Made by a program: the position numbers and the translations under genes. The notes beneath the pieces were generated by a model. It was not told the DNA's origin. It searched no databases and worked only from the letters and a program-made list of their open reading frames with translations. A stretch of 56,351 bases of DNA, counting the filler, from Sphacelaria rigidula (taxonomy: Eukaryota), in NCBI GenBank assembly GCA_964200075.2. It is 7 parts of 7 records of this genome, joined end to end, with 100 filler letters (N's around TTAATTAATTAA, not from the genome) between each part and the next. Parts side by side here need not be neighbours in the genome. Positions count along the whole stretch, not along the records: positions 8,067 to 16,031 come from CAXNAA020012815.1; positions 16,132 to 24,096 come from CAXNAA020012816.1; 5 more parts are not named here. One strand, written 5' to 3'. Below, one piece after another: positions 11,818 to 22,755 of the stretch (its first letter is position 1; every line of letters starts with the position of its first letter).

Positions 11818-11904
11818 TACGGCACCGACGGGGATGGAAGTTGTTGCGACTGGGACGGCGAGACAAGCGACGACAATTCCGACGATGACTTTTCCGGAGA
11901 CGAG
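11818..11904 (+). CDS. Next exon of the zinc-ribbon gene (acidic: YGTDGDGSCCDWDGETSDDNSDDDFSGDE)
   Basis: Polypyrimidine tract with TTTTCAG| acceptor; donor GAG|GTGAAC; 87 nt; phase 0, compatible with the previous exon. Confidence 0.8.
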
Positions 11905-12469
11905 GTGAACACATTCCCACCCGTGGTTCATTGTCGTGTATCGGAGCGTCTGTACAGGAAGAAAAAAGTTGATGAGCGTTCTCACTGAATACGGAGTATA
12001 TGTTGTATATATTTTATACAGTACAAGCCGTTCCGGACCGGGGCGGCAGCGGTCTTCTTGGAGAGTCGCGGTATTCTTGCCTTGCCAAGCTCTCGTGAAT
12101 AATGATTCTCGGTCACAATTTAATGTATATGGAAGAAATAAGACGAGAAATAGTTCTGGCTCGCGGGTGGAACGATGAGGGAAAGTGCATAGAACAAGGA
12201 TTGCAGCGCGACTAACAAAGAGGGCGACGGTCGATATGGCTTAGCATTCCCGCCGCTCGCATTGATGTCCTTGACGCTTTTGTGTTTGTTTGCGGAGAAG
12301 CTGATGTAGGTTGACGAAAGTGAGAAGGGATGACATGAATTTGCGAGACGAGGAATAGGACCGCGGGTATGAATGATGAGAAAAAGTGCGAAGATTGCGC
12401 CTGAAGACATGATCGACTCCCGATGTAAAAAAGCCGTGTTCTTGTGTGACGCCACGAGCAGGGAAAAAA

Positions 12470-12540
12470 TACCCATCCTAGGACTCGAACTCGACTCCCG
12501 GTGTGGAGAAACAGTGTTCTACTCACGCATCACAAGCAAA
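12470..12540 (-). repeat. tRNA-derived (SINE-like) head
   Basis: B-box GAGTTCGAGTCC followed shortly by a T-run; stems do not form a cloverleaf. Confidence 0.45.
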
Positions 12541-12695
12541 ATTAGATTCGGCACAGGGTTCAAACTCCAACCAAATCCCTGCACGTCCATAAGTTTACCT
12601 TTCACCTCCAGAGTACACGCGCATCTTCTTCGTAGCGTAGCGCCAAATATCACCTTACATGGATGCTACACTTCACATATACTATCATAACACGA

Positions 12696-12720
12696 ATATA
12701 TATATATATATATATATATA
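12696..12720. repeat. (TA)n microsatellite
   Basis: Direct observation. Confidence 0.95.
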
Positions 12721-14469
12721 CAGTATGAGAAGCTCAGGTGCAAGCGGGTGCGGGCATTATACACTCATTCCAGTATAAATCGCGTGGACGGGTATGTGCG
12801 ATAGGTAAAAGTGGAAATGAAAGATACCAGAGCGTTGGGTGCCCGGGCAGCAGCCGTCTTCGTGCAGGATACAAAGATGAGTAAAAGTTTTCGCAGACAA
12901 GCTTAGTGCGTGATCGCGACATAGTGCCGGTTCAGTTGACACATCGCGAGACTTTGGTGACGTTTTTCGCTTGTTCCGTCTACGATGTAGGGCAAAATCG
13001 GAGTCTGCGTCCCGTTTTCTACTTTGGGTATACACGACGGTTCAACTTTGTTTTGTACTGTACTGTGAAAAGAGAGACTTGGCCTCGGCAGGCAAGTAGA
13101 ACGTTTGTCCTACACAGACGGCCTCCGAGAACAACCTCGCGGTACAGGACGACTGTCCGAGAGGCATATACCCCGTAATATTCCTGGATGATGAAGCCTG
13201 CAACGTCCGAAGTCAGAGAAAACGGGGCCACATGCCGGATTTTATATGGTGGGATGTGCTCGTCACGTTTGAAGATCACAACAGTATTCTCTATACTCGT
13301 AGTCGTCTTGACTGAATATTTAATACTGTTGTTACTGTGCTTTCTGTATTGGACCATCACACGGGGGGTGTAGTCCATCTCGGTCATCTGTACATTTTTG
13401 ATGTGAAATTGATGCCGATTCAATCCATGACCTGATGTCGCTGCCTGCAGTTCTGTCGGTACTGTACTACTTACAAGTATGCCTTGCACCGGCAATCATC
13501 TGCGTCGCAAGCTTTCAACTGCAGACTGAGATAACACAACGTCAGTATTCAGCGCCGTATTACATTAGACTTCTTTTCACGTTCCTCCTTGTGTGCGAAG
13601 AGCTGTCGGTGCACCCATCCACCGGCAATCAGCGCCGTGAAGGGTCAGTTGTTCATGTCGTTATGCATTGTCTGTACTCCAGCATAGATTGCTCGCACGA
13701 GGTAATCATCTGCTTCGGAAAAATTGCAACACCACCGCGATCTCGCGTCCGTTCGAACGGTCGGGAAGGCAAGTGTACCCCGACACAAAAGTAGCACGAA
13801 TCTGCGCACTGGACTCCTAGCATTGGCGTTCGCCGGAACAGTCATCTCCCGGGGCGGGTGCGAAGGAACTTGCTCACTAATTTCAGCATAAATCTCGTGG
13901 GCGCCTCCCTACAAAGTATTCTTCGCGCCCGTGAGTCCGAAATATTCTTTATATATACTATTATGGAGCAAACATTGAAACGGAATAGAGACGCACGATT
14001 GGGTTGCGTTGTACATGTAGAACGAGCACATCACAAAAGGAGAGGCTAGGTGGACAAACGTGTTTCGACCGTGTTGTATTGAATCACAGGAAGTGAACAT
14101 GTAGCCCACACGAGAACAAACAGACACACGTACTCCGATGGTTACGCTTTTTTGAAAACTATACCCAGTACAAAAATGAAGCATCATAATTATTTTTCCG
14201 AGCTGGCTCTGTCTGCAGCAGGGAGCTATCACTCTCGCTATCACCCCGCATGAGTATGCCGTGAGATGGCCCAACTTGCAAACGGTATTGTTGTTTCAAT
14301 AGCCATCGAATTTGAAAAACCCGTGTTCCGGTGTCCCACCAACTCAACTTACTGTATACATACACAGCAGTACAATGCTGATGAAACGCAGTGACATGTC
14401 CGCTGGTAGGCGCGGAGTCTTGCGCTGTTGGAAATTGCATGCCATTAATGAAAAGCTAAAGCAGTAGCT

Positions 14470-14947
14470 CCGGCGAGGATGGACGAGCTAGGAATCGATG
14501 ATCTTTGACTTGGTTGCTGTACATGTGTCTACATGGTGACTGTTGAAAACTTCATGATACGCTCGCCGTTTCGTCGTATGTAAAACGAACAGGGCGCTGC
14601 CCAGAGGCATCATTCACGCGATACCAAACATGAGGCGAAGAACTAAAACATAGCACATGTCCTGTTTCACTCTACTGCAGCACAAACACACCCACGTCCT
14701 CTCTCATGTCCAGTAGCAATCACTGTCCTATAGCGTGTTTAGACCTTGCGGAGACGGTTTGGTCTCCGCTGAAATTGGCTGAGTTGCTGTGTTGTCGTAG
14801 TGTTTGTCTCTGTAGAACGTAGTACCAATCTGCACGCAGTGCTGTCTACACACGGACTGTTGAAAACTGTATGGTGCGTCGAATCTGTCATCTTTCAAAA
14901 AACGACTGAGGCACTGCCCAGACCCATCATTTGCGCGATACCAAACG
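14470..14947. repeat. Dispersed repeat with an internal duplication; related to 45460-45830 and 47298-47352
   Basis: ACTGTTGAAAACT..ATG...TGCCCA.A..CATCATT occurs near 14540, 14856 and 45590. AGCTAGGAATCGATG occurs at 14487 and 47313. Confidence 0.7.
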
Positions 14948-14956
14948 TTGCTCGGT

Positions 14957-15266
14957 CACATAGTTGCAAAATGTGAACTATACAAGGAGGAACGGGACGT
15001 GGTAGAGGGGGGAAATGCGGAGCGTGAACGAAGGTGGCATGAAATCGTTTGACGCATTAGACAGTAGGGAGAAAAATATGGTTATACTAGGAGAGAGATG
15101 GTGGTCACAGACGGCGAAGCTGGACGGGGACAAGATACGTTGGAGTTGTCTCAACCAGGAGTAGGAACGGTGCTCCGTTTCGAAAGGGATGCGTNNNNNN
15201 NNNNTGTAGGGATGCGAGGTCAATGGTCTCGTGACTATGGCATGCATGATCATGAGTACACCCCCC
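14957..15266 (+). mobile_element. LINE ORF2 C-terminus and 3' end (family X), 5'-truncated, with an internal 10-N gap
   Basis: Translates as HIVAKCELYKEERDVVEGEMRSVNEGGMKSFDALDSREKNMVILGERWW (the H-x4-C half of a LINE C-terminal CCHC knuckle), then RSRNGAPFRKGC. Ends ATCATGAGTACACCCCCC. Confidence 0.75.
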
Positions 15267-15276
15267 ATCCACCCAT

Positions 15277-15482
15277 CCCCAAAACTGCACGAAGAAAACG
15301 GTTGTACAGCGCATGAAAGCTGGTTCCAGACCGTATGAAGCCCCTCATATGGGCGACATTGGCGGAAATGATCCCAAGCGGAGGAGTTCCCAGCTCCTCG
15401 GTGTGCTGGGCTCTTGTAATTTTGATGTACATGAAGATTTCGGCTCCTCAATCCAGCCACTTTTCTAGGGGAGAGCTGTCGC
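15277..15482. mobile_element. Degenerate copy of the GACACTTTCTACGA-TIR MITE
   Basis: Internal sequence ATGAAGC.CCTCAT...GGCGA.ATTGGC...CCCAAGCG is shared with 50210-50458 and 55780-56056. A lone TIR lies at ~15933-15950. Confidence 0.7.
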
Positions 15483-15949
15483 GGCATCAGTCGCACGCGA
15501 AGCATGTGCTTTAAATACGCACGCTACAAACGTGGTTTCACGCTTGCACAACAAACTTTTCCCTCGTGATCGGCACATTGACAAATGACCGGACCCTTTT
15601 GTACGAACTTTCCAAGCTTGTTTTCTTGATATGCTATTTCCTCGCACATGGTGAAACAAACAAAAAAACGAAGTCGTTCTACTCCATGGATTATCAGCTG
15701 TTCCTCATGTGTTTGGAATAATAGGCCCGTCTTCCTTTTCATCTGTTCATGATCCTGAACCGGTGTGTACATGATCAAGTGAGGTCTTCATGTTCGCTGC
15801 TCTCTGCATGGATGGCCATGAAACAAATCGGCTCCGGTTCAGAAATGGTCACGTGAGAACTAACCCTGCTCGCGAAACGTCTCCACGAAAACTTGAGCTG
15901 CGCACGCGCGCGAGCCATTCGAAGTAACAACTGACACCTTCTACGATAG

Positions 15950-15981
<32 letters not shown>

Positions 15982-16031
15982 CCAACCCCCCGCAACAAGA
16001 ACAGCGAGAGATTCACCATACAAAGAAGACA

Positions 16032-16131
16032 NNNNNNNNNNNNNNNNNNNNNNNNNNNNNNNNNNNNNNNNNNNNTTAATTAATTAANNNNNNNNNNNNN
16101 NNNNNNNNNNNNNNNNNNNNNNNNNNNNNNN
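16032..16131. other. Artificial contig spacer
   Basis: 44N-TTAATTAATTAA-44N. Confidence 0.98.
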
Positions 16132-16476
16132 GGTATCACCACTTCCAGAGACAGCCATGGCTTTTACACTGCCTCATGGGTGTCTAACCAGCACTTTTTG
16201 TGGGGGGATCATTTCGGCATTAGTCGGGAGCAGAATAGATGCATGAGCCCTGTGCCGGCAGCACTCTCAAGACTACGTACTGCCTCCGCTGAGTTTTCAC
16301 AGGCAACAAGCCCCTCGACCAGCGGGCCGAGGAACACCGTGCTGCGTAACCCAGGCATGCCATCGGGGTCATGACATCAGCAGAGCCATCACAACATCAC
16401 GGCATCAATATCAGGTATTTAGTTGGAGGCTGTAGACAAGTAGGGAGTAGGCTAAGACACATGTGCGCGAGGTGGC

Positions 16477-16644
16477 GGGTCCGATGGCTTAACAGCCGGA
16501 AGAGCCCCGGGATAAGCTCTTGTCAAGATGTCACAGATACCACTGAGCTGAACATTCAGCGCTGACTGTTTAGCTCAGTGGTATCTGTGACATCCTAACA
16601 AAAACTCATCCCGGGGTCCTTCAGGTTGTTGAGCCATCGAACCC
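16477..16644. repeat. 168-bp imperfect palindrome (MITE-like hairpin)
   Basis: GATGTCACAGATACCACTGAGCT pairs with AGCTCAGTGGTATCTGTGACATC around the centre TCAGCGCTGA; the outer arms also pair. Confidence 0.85.
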
Positions 16645-17429
16645 AGTTTCGCCCCAGGATTGCCACCCCTGTAATCGACGCAAGCTCCTCTATGCTACTT
16701 TTAATCGAGTGACGTACTCCCTGCCTGCTCGCGCTTTCGGGAGGCTTACGGCCCGAGTATCCCGAAAATAAGGATTTTTGACGCGAGGGGGTTCGAACCC
16801 CGGGATTATCTTCTGATGAGAGCGTATCAGCACCCTCGGATGGCGGAGATTCGTAGAGCCTCTATATTCCAGGAAAGTCGCCGCGACCGTATCATCGAGA
16901 GTCTTCTTCACACCTCGGACAGATCATGATCCGTCGGAAAATTACTTATACTCAGTATACTGATCCGGATCATGATCTGAATAATATGTGACCCCCCTTT
17001 TTTCATGTTTGCACTTTCCAGCGCCGGACGCCGAGCACGCCGAGTGCGCAAAGGTTGCGCTTTGACTTTTCTGACCCCGCGGTCACATAATTTGTGTTTT
17101 CGTACCAACGGATTCGAGAGTTTTGTTTGATTAGTTGTTACAGGCGGGTGATGATTTAAGATCGTCGATGATAAAACACTTCAAGGGTCAGGCGAACCAG
17201 AATTCATACAGGTTTACTCCTCATTAATGTTGAGTGTGATTCGTGTGCTAAAGATTCATCACGCATGTATGAATCACGGACGAGAAAAAATCACGTACTT
17301 AGGGTAGTGTCGCACGAACTACGAACGTGGACAATCATTGTGTACGCTCCAAATAGCATCACACGTGAAAAACAGCACAAGATGTTATGATGTGCGCATC
17401 GAACTCTTCTTGTAAAAAATCGCCGGAAG

Positions 17430-17560
17430 GAAAATATCAACTTGATTCATGCCGTACGAATCGCGAGCGGCAAATTTTGACGCATAACTCATGCCGTATG
17501 AATGACAGATCACAAACATTTTTATACGAGCCATGGCGTACGAAATAGCAGGTAACCAGG
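17430..17560. repeat. ~39-bp degenerate minisatellite, block 1
   Basis: Unit approximately AAACATGTACGCTTGATTCATGCCGTATGAATGACAG; also at 18720-18950 and 19680-20050. Confidence 0.7.
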
Positions 17561-17805
17561 TTTTCATTAGATTGAGAGTATAACATTTGGATTGAGGGTA
17601 AGTTTCTTAGCCCGTCGTGGAATCGACCTCATGTTTCCTCGGAAAATTCACTGCGTGATCCTGATTCCTAAGCCTGGCGGTCAAAGGGTCAAGATTCCGA
17701 TCATTTAGTCGGTGGATGTATATTCCAAAAGCAAACAAAACGCCGATGTACGATTCCTTGGAATTGCGAGGGGTCAACGCCCCACACATACAGTCAGCGT
17801 ATTAA

Positions 17806-18019
17806 GCCTCTTGGGGACCAGACTGCTAGAAGCATGTGGTTCACACGCAGGGGCCTTCTTGTGAATCGGCATCATTTTTACCAAGCATCGCTTTTACCAA
17901 GCATTATTTTTTACATTTTTACATCACTTTACCTCGAAAACGACTGATAATGATGCCGATTTACAAAACAGCCTCTGCATGCAAAACGCATGTTTTTGAG
18001 AGTCCGGTCCGGAAAAGGG
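17806..18019. mobile_element. piggyBac-like MITE (degenerate)
   Basis: Left TTAA; long inverted arms homologous to 18156-18315; internal GAATCGGCATCA/TGATGCCGATT. Confidence 0.65.
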
Positions 18020-18155
18020 TAGATAGAAAGAACATTTTTGGAATGCATGACATTATGTCCGACATGTGTCATCACAACCTGCCCACCGTACAGCGACGTA
18101 TTTATGAGAGGAATGATTGATATGGCTATACTCCGTTTTTCTATTCTTAGTTTTA

Positions 18156-18315
18156 CCCTTTTGTGACCGGACTCCCAGAAACATGGTGTTTGGACGCAGG
18201 GGTCCTTTTGCTACTCGGTATCATCGTCAGTCATTTTCAAGTAAAAATGATGCCGATTCACGAAGAAGCCCTTGCGTACAAGCACCATGTTTCTGAGAGT
18301 CCGGTCCCAAAAGGG
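18156..18315. mobile_element. piggyBac-like fold-back MITE
   Basis: TTTA|CCCTTTTGTGACCGGACTC...GAGTCCGGTCCCAAAAGGG|TTAA. Confidence 0.8.
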
Positions 18316-18400
18316 TTAACAAAACGGATCGTTCCCCATTGTCACCCGTCAGTTTTTTGTCCATCAAGAGAACACACGAAAACAACCGTCGTCCGCTTAA

Positions 18401-18516
18401 CCCTTTTGGAACCCATTGACGATTTTTGTTTTGTGAATCGGCATCATTTTCAGTCATTTTCAAGTCAAAATGATGCTGATTCACAAAGCAAGAATCGTCA
18501 GTGGGTTCCAAAAGGG
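18401..18516. mobile_element. piggyBac-like fold-back MITE
   Basis: TTAA|CCCTTTTGGAACCCA...TGGGTTCCAAAAGGG|TTAA; perfect TTAA TSD and CCC/GGG termini. Confidence 0.88.
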
Positions 18517-18719
18517 TTAAAAGCTGACACTCAATCCTGAGCTACACCCTCGAACTCACGAAAACCTTGTCAGGCGAGGAAAACATGCACGCTCTGGACA
18601 ATAGATTATACTGTACAAAAAATGTACTTTGTACAGTATGGAATCTGTTGTCTGTTGCAATAGGCGCAATAGTCGATATTGTACGCAGTACACTTTTTGA
18701 CTGTGTATTCTATTGTCCA

Positions 18720-18950
18720 GGGTGTGAAAACATGTATGAATGAGACCTGCCTATGAATGTGACAGCAGGGAAACATGTAAGCTTGATCCATGCCGTGAGA
18801 ACGACAGCTGGGAAACATGTACGCTTGATTCATGGCGTATGAGTGACGGGTGAGGAATACGTACATGCGATTCATGCTATATGAAGCATGTGCACCGGTG
18901 GGAAGCGAGACCGAATCCCCTCACGTAGGAATCGTACGATTTGATTTTGT
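18720..18950. repeat. ~39-bp minisatellite, block 2
   Basis: About 4 units, followed by CGTAGGAATCGTAC (also at 20025). Confidence 0.75.
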
Positions 18951-19679
18951 GCAAACAACCAAGCACTTACTCCACGCATGATGGCGTTCTGTAACTCTCG
19001 TGCCTGTACCCTTGAGCTGCCAGGGCAAGTCATTCGCTGAAAAAATCGGCATCATTCTTCCTGGAATCATAAATATAAGTAAGATTACCCACCCTGGCGG
19101 TTCAACGGTTATACAGTCATCCATGACCGCCAGTTTGGGTCATGTGGGGCTCAGATTCAATTTTGGGAGATATACTAAAGGGGGTATACCCTGTGGTTTT
19201 CGTGACAAAATGGGAGGGGGTACACCCTGTCGGTCTTAGATTCAATTTCCACGCGAACATGTTGCCGATTCATCAGATGGCCCGCGCAAGCGGTGTGTGT
19301 GTGCGTGTGTGTGTGTTGTCATCCCATATATTCTAGATGCCAGTCTACACCGCGGTCCCGGGGTTAAATTCATCCATTCTTCCCGTATGGTCCAACAGGC
19401 CTGCATCCTGTGGACGAGTATAAATAAGGATCTGATGTATGACATATGTGCATCATCAGTCACAGAGATTACTGTTGGTTTGTCACAATGCGACTGAAAA
19501 TCGTGCCGCATGAAGTGAGGGTGCGGGGTATGAACCAGAGAGTGGTGCGTCGTGATAATCAGCTGCAGAATATGCATCAAAGTAAAGGGTTCTGGTGCAT
19601 GAAATGGTGGCCGGGATAATGCACATATGATTCACGTCGCACAAATAATGGGTAAGGAAAGACAAATATCAGTGTAATT

Positions 19680-20050
19680 CATGAGTATGAACGAAAGAAG
19701 TAACATATGTACCCATGATTCATGTCGTGCGGCTGACAGTGGGAATTATATATGCTTGATTCATGCCGCACGAATGACAACTGCGAAACATGTACGCGTG
19801 AATAATGTCGTATGAATGGACCGTGGGAAGCATGCACCTTTGATTCATGCTGTATGGATGGAAGGTGGGGAAAACGTGTACCTATCATTCACGCCATATG
19901 AATCACAGATGAGAAGAAGATACCTTCGACGGTGTACCGCAAAAAAGACACGCGCCAATATGTATGTTTCATGCGATGTGGCACGAATCACGAGCCCAAA
20001 GCATGTCCGAATCACATGTTGTGCCGTAGGAATCGTACCATCGATTCGTG
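19680..20050. repeat. ~39-bp minisatellite, block 3
   Basis: About 7-8 degenerate units, ending in CGTAGGAATCGTAC. Confidence 0.75.
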
Positions 20051-20269
20051 TAAAAGATGAAGATGGCACAAATCACGATTTTAATTGTTCCGATTCGTGG
20101 AGAACATTTTCGAACTACGACCATGTCATCAGACACCTGGGATCTTTTTTGCATTAGTTGAAAGTGTGACTTGAGAAGGAAAAAAGGTGTCACGAGAACT
20201 CATGATCAAACAACTTATTCGGGGACCAGAGGTAATTCCACCGCCCAGTAAGTACGGTACTTCATGCAC

Positions 20270-20486
20270 CTCAGCTAGCGCATTGGCTGCTTGCCCACCC
20301 TGCACCAGCCCAATATTGACGGTCGTCGCTCCGAGTTCCTCGCTGGTTGGCCACGGCTTGTGCTTGATGGCGTGCAACGTCTCTATCAACGGGTCGACGG
20401 CAGATTTTCCTAGATGTGGGTAGCCGCTATGGCAGGCCACACCGGCACACGACAATTTCACCTTCAGCATGCCCTTCTGCAATCGC
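20270..20486 (-). CDS. Exon of an M20-family metallopeptidase (ArgE/DapE-like), dimerisation domain
   Basis: RLQKGMLKVKLSCAGVACHSGYPHLGKSAVDPL...TTVNIGLVQGGQAANALAE matches the M20 GxxxHSxxPxxGxxA and NIGxIxGGxAxN motifs. Acceptor TTTTCAG|, donor GAG|GT; splices in frame to 21161-21339. Confidence 0.92.
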
Positions 20487-21160
20487 CTGAAAAATATATA
20501 TACACAGGTTCACGTTCGAAGTAGGGGAAACGCTTGAGAGTAATAACTAGGGGGGAAAAAAAAACTTGAGTGAACGCACAAAAAATATAAAGTGAGAGGA
20601 AAGGGGGGGGGGGGGGAGAAGCCGCACCGTTATAGAGAATCGCAAAGGNNNNNNNNNNAAAAGAAGGGGGAAAAAGAAAAGTTGGAATCATGCAAACATG
20701 AGTATGAGGTGGAGGAGGTGGGGGGGGGGGTGAGAAGCCGCACTATTATAGAAAATCACAACAGTAAATACAACCCTGCGCAGTACACCCGGTCTATGTT
20801 GTTTTTTTCAACCACTCGTGTTGAGCAAGAAAAAGCGCGTGATTTTGAAGCCAAGTCTTGCAAGAACTGGCATGCACGATATGGCTCCAGAACGTTCTGG
20901 CCGACCGATGCCTGATGGTTTGTTCGCGTTCGGACCAAGAACAAGAGAAGACACCCGTTCTCAAATTCATCGAAAAGCAGCCGTGGACAATACGCACGCA
21001 AAAACCTGCAGCTCTACGTGTACTTTTAGGGGGAAAGGCATATCGTCACCATTATCGAGCCTCGGCGAGGAGCATATGGACCCCCCGGCACAACGTCTGG
21101 TATTAGGATCTTATTTTGGAACATCAAGCACAGGACACTTTATTTCATGCACGTTCCTAC

Positions 21161-21339
21161 ATCATCTTAGAGCCCGTCGGTTCCCCCACGATCATGAACT
21201 CCGGGTCGAGACCCAAATCGTTAGCCGCCAGCATCCCGCTGTGATCCGTCTCCTCGGACACAACGTACAGGAGGCCAACGTCGTGACAGCCGTTATCCAC
21301 CAGCTGCTGGAGCGCTGTTAGCTGAGCCGCGAGGATTCC
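21161..21339 (-). CDS. Upstream exon of the M20 peptidase (catalytic EE and GEPT motifs); not shown in the ORF track
   Basis: GILAAQLTALQQLVDNGCHDVGLLYVVSEETDHSGMLAANDLGLDPEFMIVGEPTGSKM. Acceptor GAGCAG|, donor AT|GTAGGA (phase 2), which joins the first G of the next exon to give ATG. Confidence 0.92.
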
Positions 21340-21764
21340 CTGCTCGCATAGCGCATGAGGAGAAGTATATTCGATCGGAAGAATGACGCGGAGAGAGAAG
21401 GAGAAGATTGTGTCGTAGCAATTAATTCGGTTTGGAACTGCCGCAAAAGTTTATTTTATATATATATATTTAAAATGATGGAGAGGGAGAGGGGGAAATG
21501 ACACAAGTTTGCACACATGGTAATTGTCACGGATAAGGGTTGGGAAAAATATCGCAAATATAGATGAGAAAACACCGCAAAAAGACTGCTATAATACAAC
21601 ACATATCCCCAAAAGATAATTGAAAACGGTAATTGACAGGGGAAGAGAGATATACCTTGGGAGCTTTCCCCACGCCCTCATGGGGAAAACAGTCAGCAAA
21701 GTCTCCTCACGAAGCAAACACAGCTGAAATGTTTGCTATGGGTGTATGTATCTACGTCGCCGTC

Positions 21765-22090
21765 GTCTAGGCCCCATGGCATCGAGGTATTCAGGGGTCT
21801 TCACTGCACGAGCGTTGGTACACCAAACTCGGAGCTACAAAAACTCCACCCTACGGCCCAAGCTCTTACAAGAGTAGGGCGGTGCGTGCACCGCACCAAG
21901 TTGACAGGGGGCTTTCGTAGGTCGGACCCCCACACTGCCTTGAGCAAAGCTTGCGAACGCTCGAGATGCCTGCCCCAAATGACTACCGCCAGGCAGTCTA
22001 GCCGAGCCTCCGGGTATTCGGCACACCAACCCGCTTGCAGGGTAAGTGTTGGGTCAGGTTTCCTCCTTCCTTCAAGGAGGAAAAAAAAAA
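21765..22090 (+). mobile_element. Poly(A)-tailed retroposon 3' region (SINE or LINE tail)
   Basis: GCCGAGCCTCCGGGTATTCGGCACAC...GGGTAAGTGTTGGGT...TCAAGGA followed by an A-run; second copy at 43320-43445. The 5' boundary is approximate. Confidence 0.65.
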
Positions 22091-22755
22091 GTCCGCGGTT
22101 GCCACACACACACGGCCTCTGCAGCGGTACGTCGCCGGTACATAGTGCGGTACAAATCTCATGATGTTCATCTTGGCGCTGCGCCAGGACGGTATGAAGA
22201 GTGTGTTAATGTGTACAGGCCGGTACGAGGAATACTCACTCCCGAAATTTAGTCGGTCAAGGTTTGGTCCAAAAGCACAGGGCAGATCCGGAGAAACAAG
22301 TTGTGTATATATGCTCCCTAGGATGTAGGGAACACAGTGAGGTAGCGTTCCCCCCAGAGCCGGGCCGTGAAGGGGCGCCAGGGGCGGGCGAAAACATAGG
22401 GTCTCGAATTGTGTAGGATTCAGCGTGGCTGAAATCTCCGAAAAGCCAATTGCACCGCCATTATTGGGCCGTCTTCTCGTAGATGCGTCATTGGTCTGTG
22501 CACTTGATGTGCACAGCAAACAGTCGTGTGCACCCAGCACAACGTCGCCGTAAGGGCGGCGCGCGAGCTGTAGCCCATGCAAAAGTTGACGAGACATCCT
22601 GAGACGAGATGAGAGGAGGTAAGTCACATATAGAATAGTCGAAGGGGTTTTCTTTTCTTACGGCAACCCCATATGTGCGTGGTCAACAATTTCGGAACAT
22701 CTTTTCGTCCGCGGGATTTCCCCGGCCATTTATGGGAGTCCCGGATCAAAAATTT

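Noticed and set aside
16810..16880. CTGATGAG resembling a hammerhead ribozyme core
   Set aside because: No GAAA after a stem II and no compatible stems I and III.
18720..20050. CRISPR-like array
   Set aside because: Units are degenerate along their full length, with no unique spacers and no cas genes; eukaryotic minisatellite.
22100..22200. VPHYVP...RGRVC as the missing upstream M20 exon
   Set aside because: Lacks the HxDTV and GRGxxDxK residues and a suitable donor.
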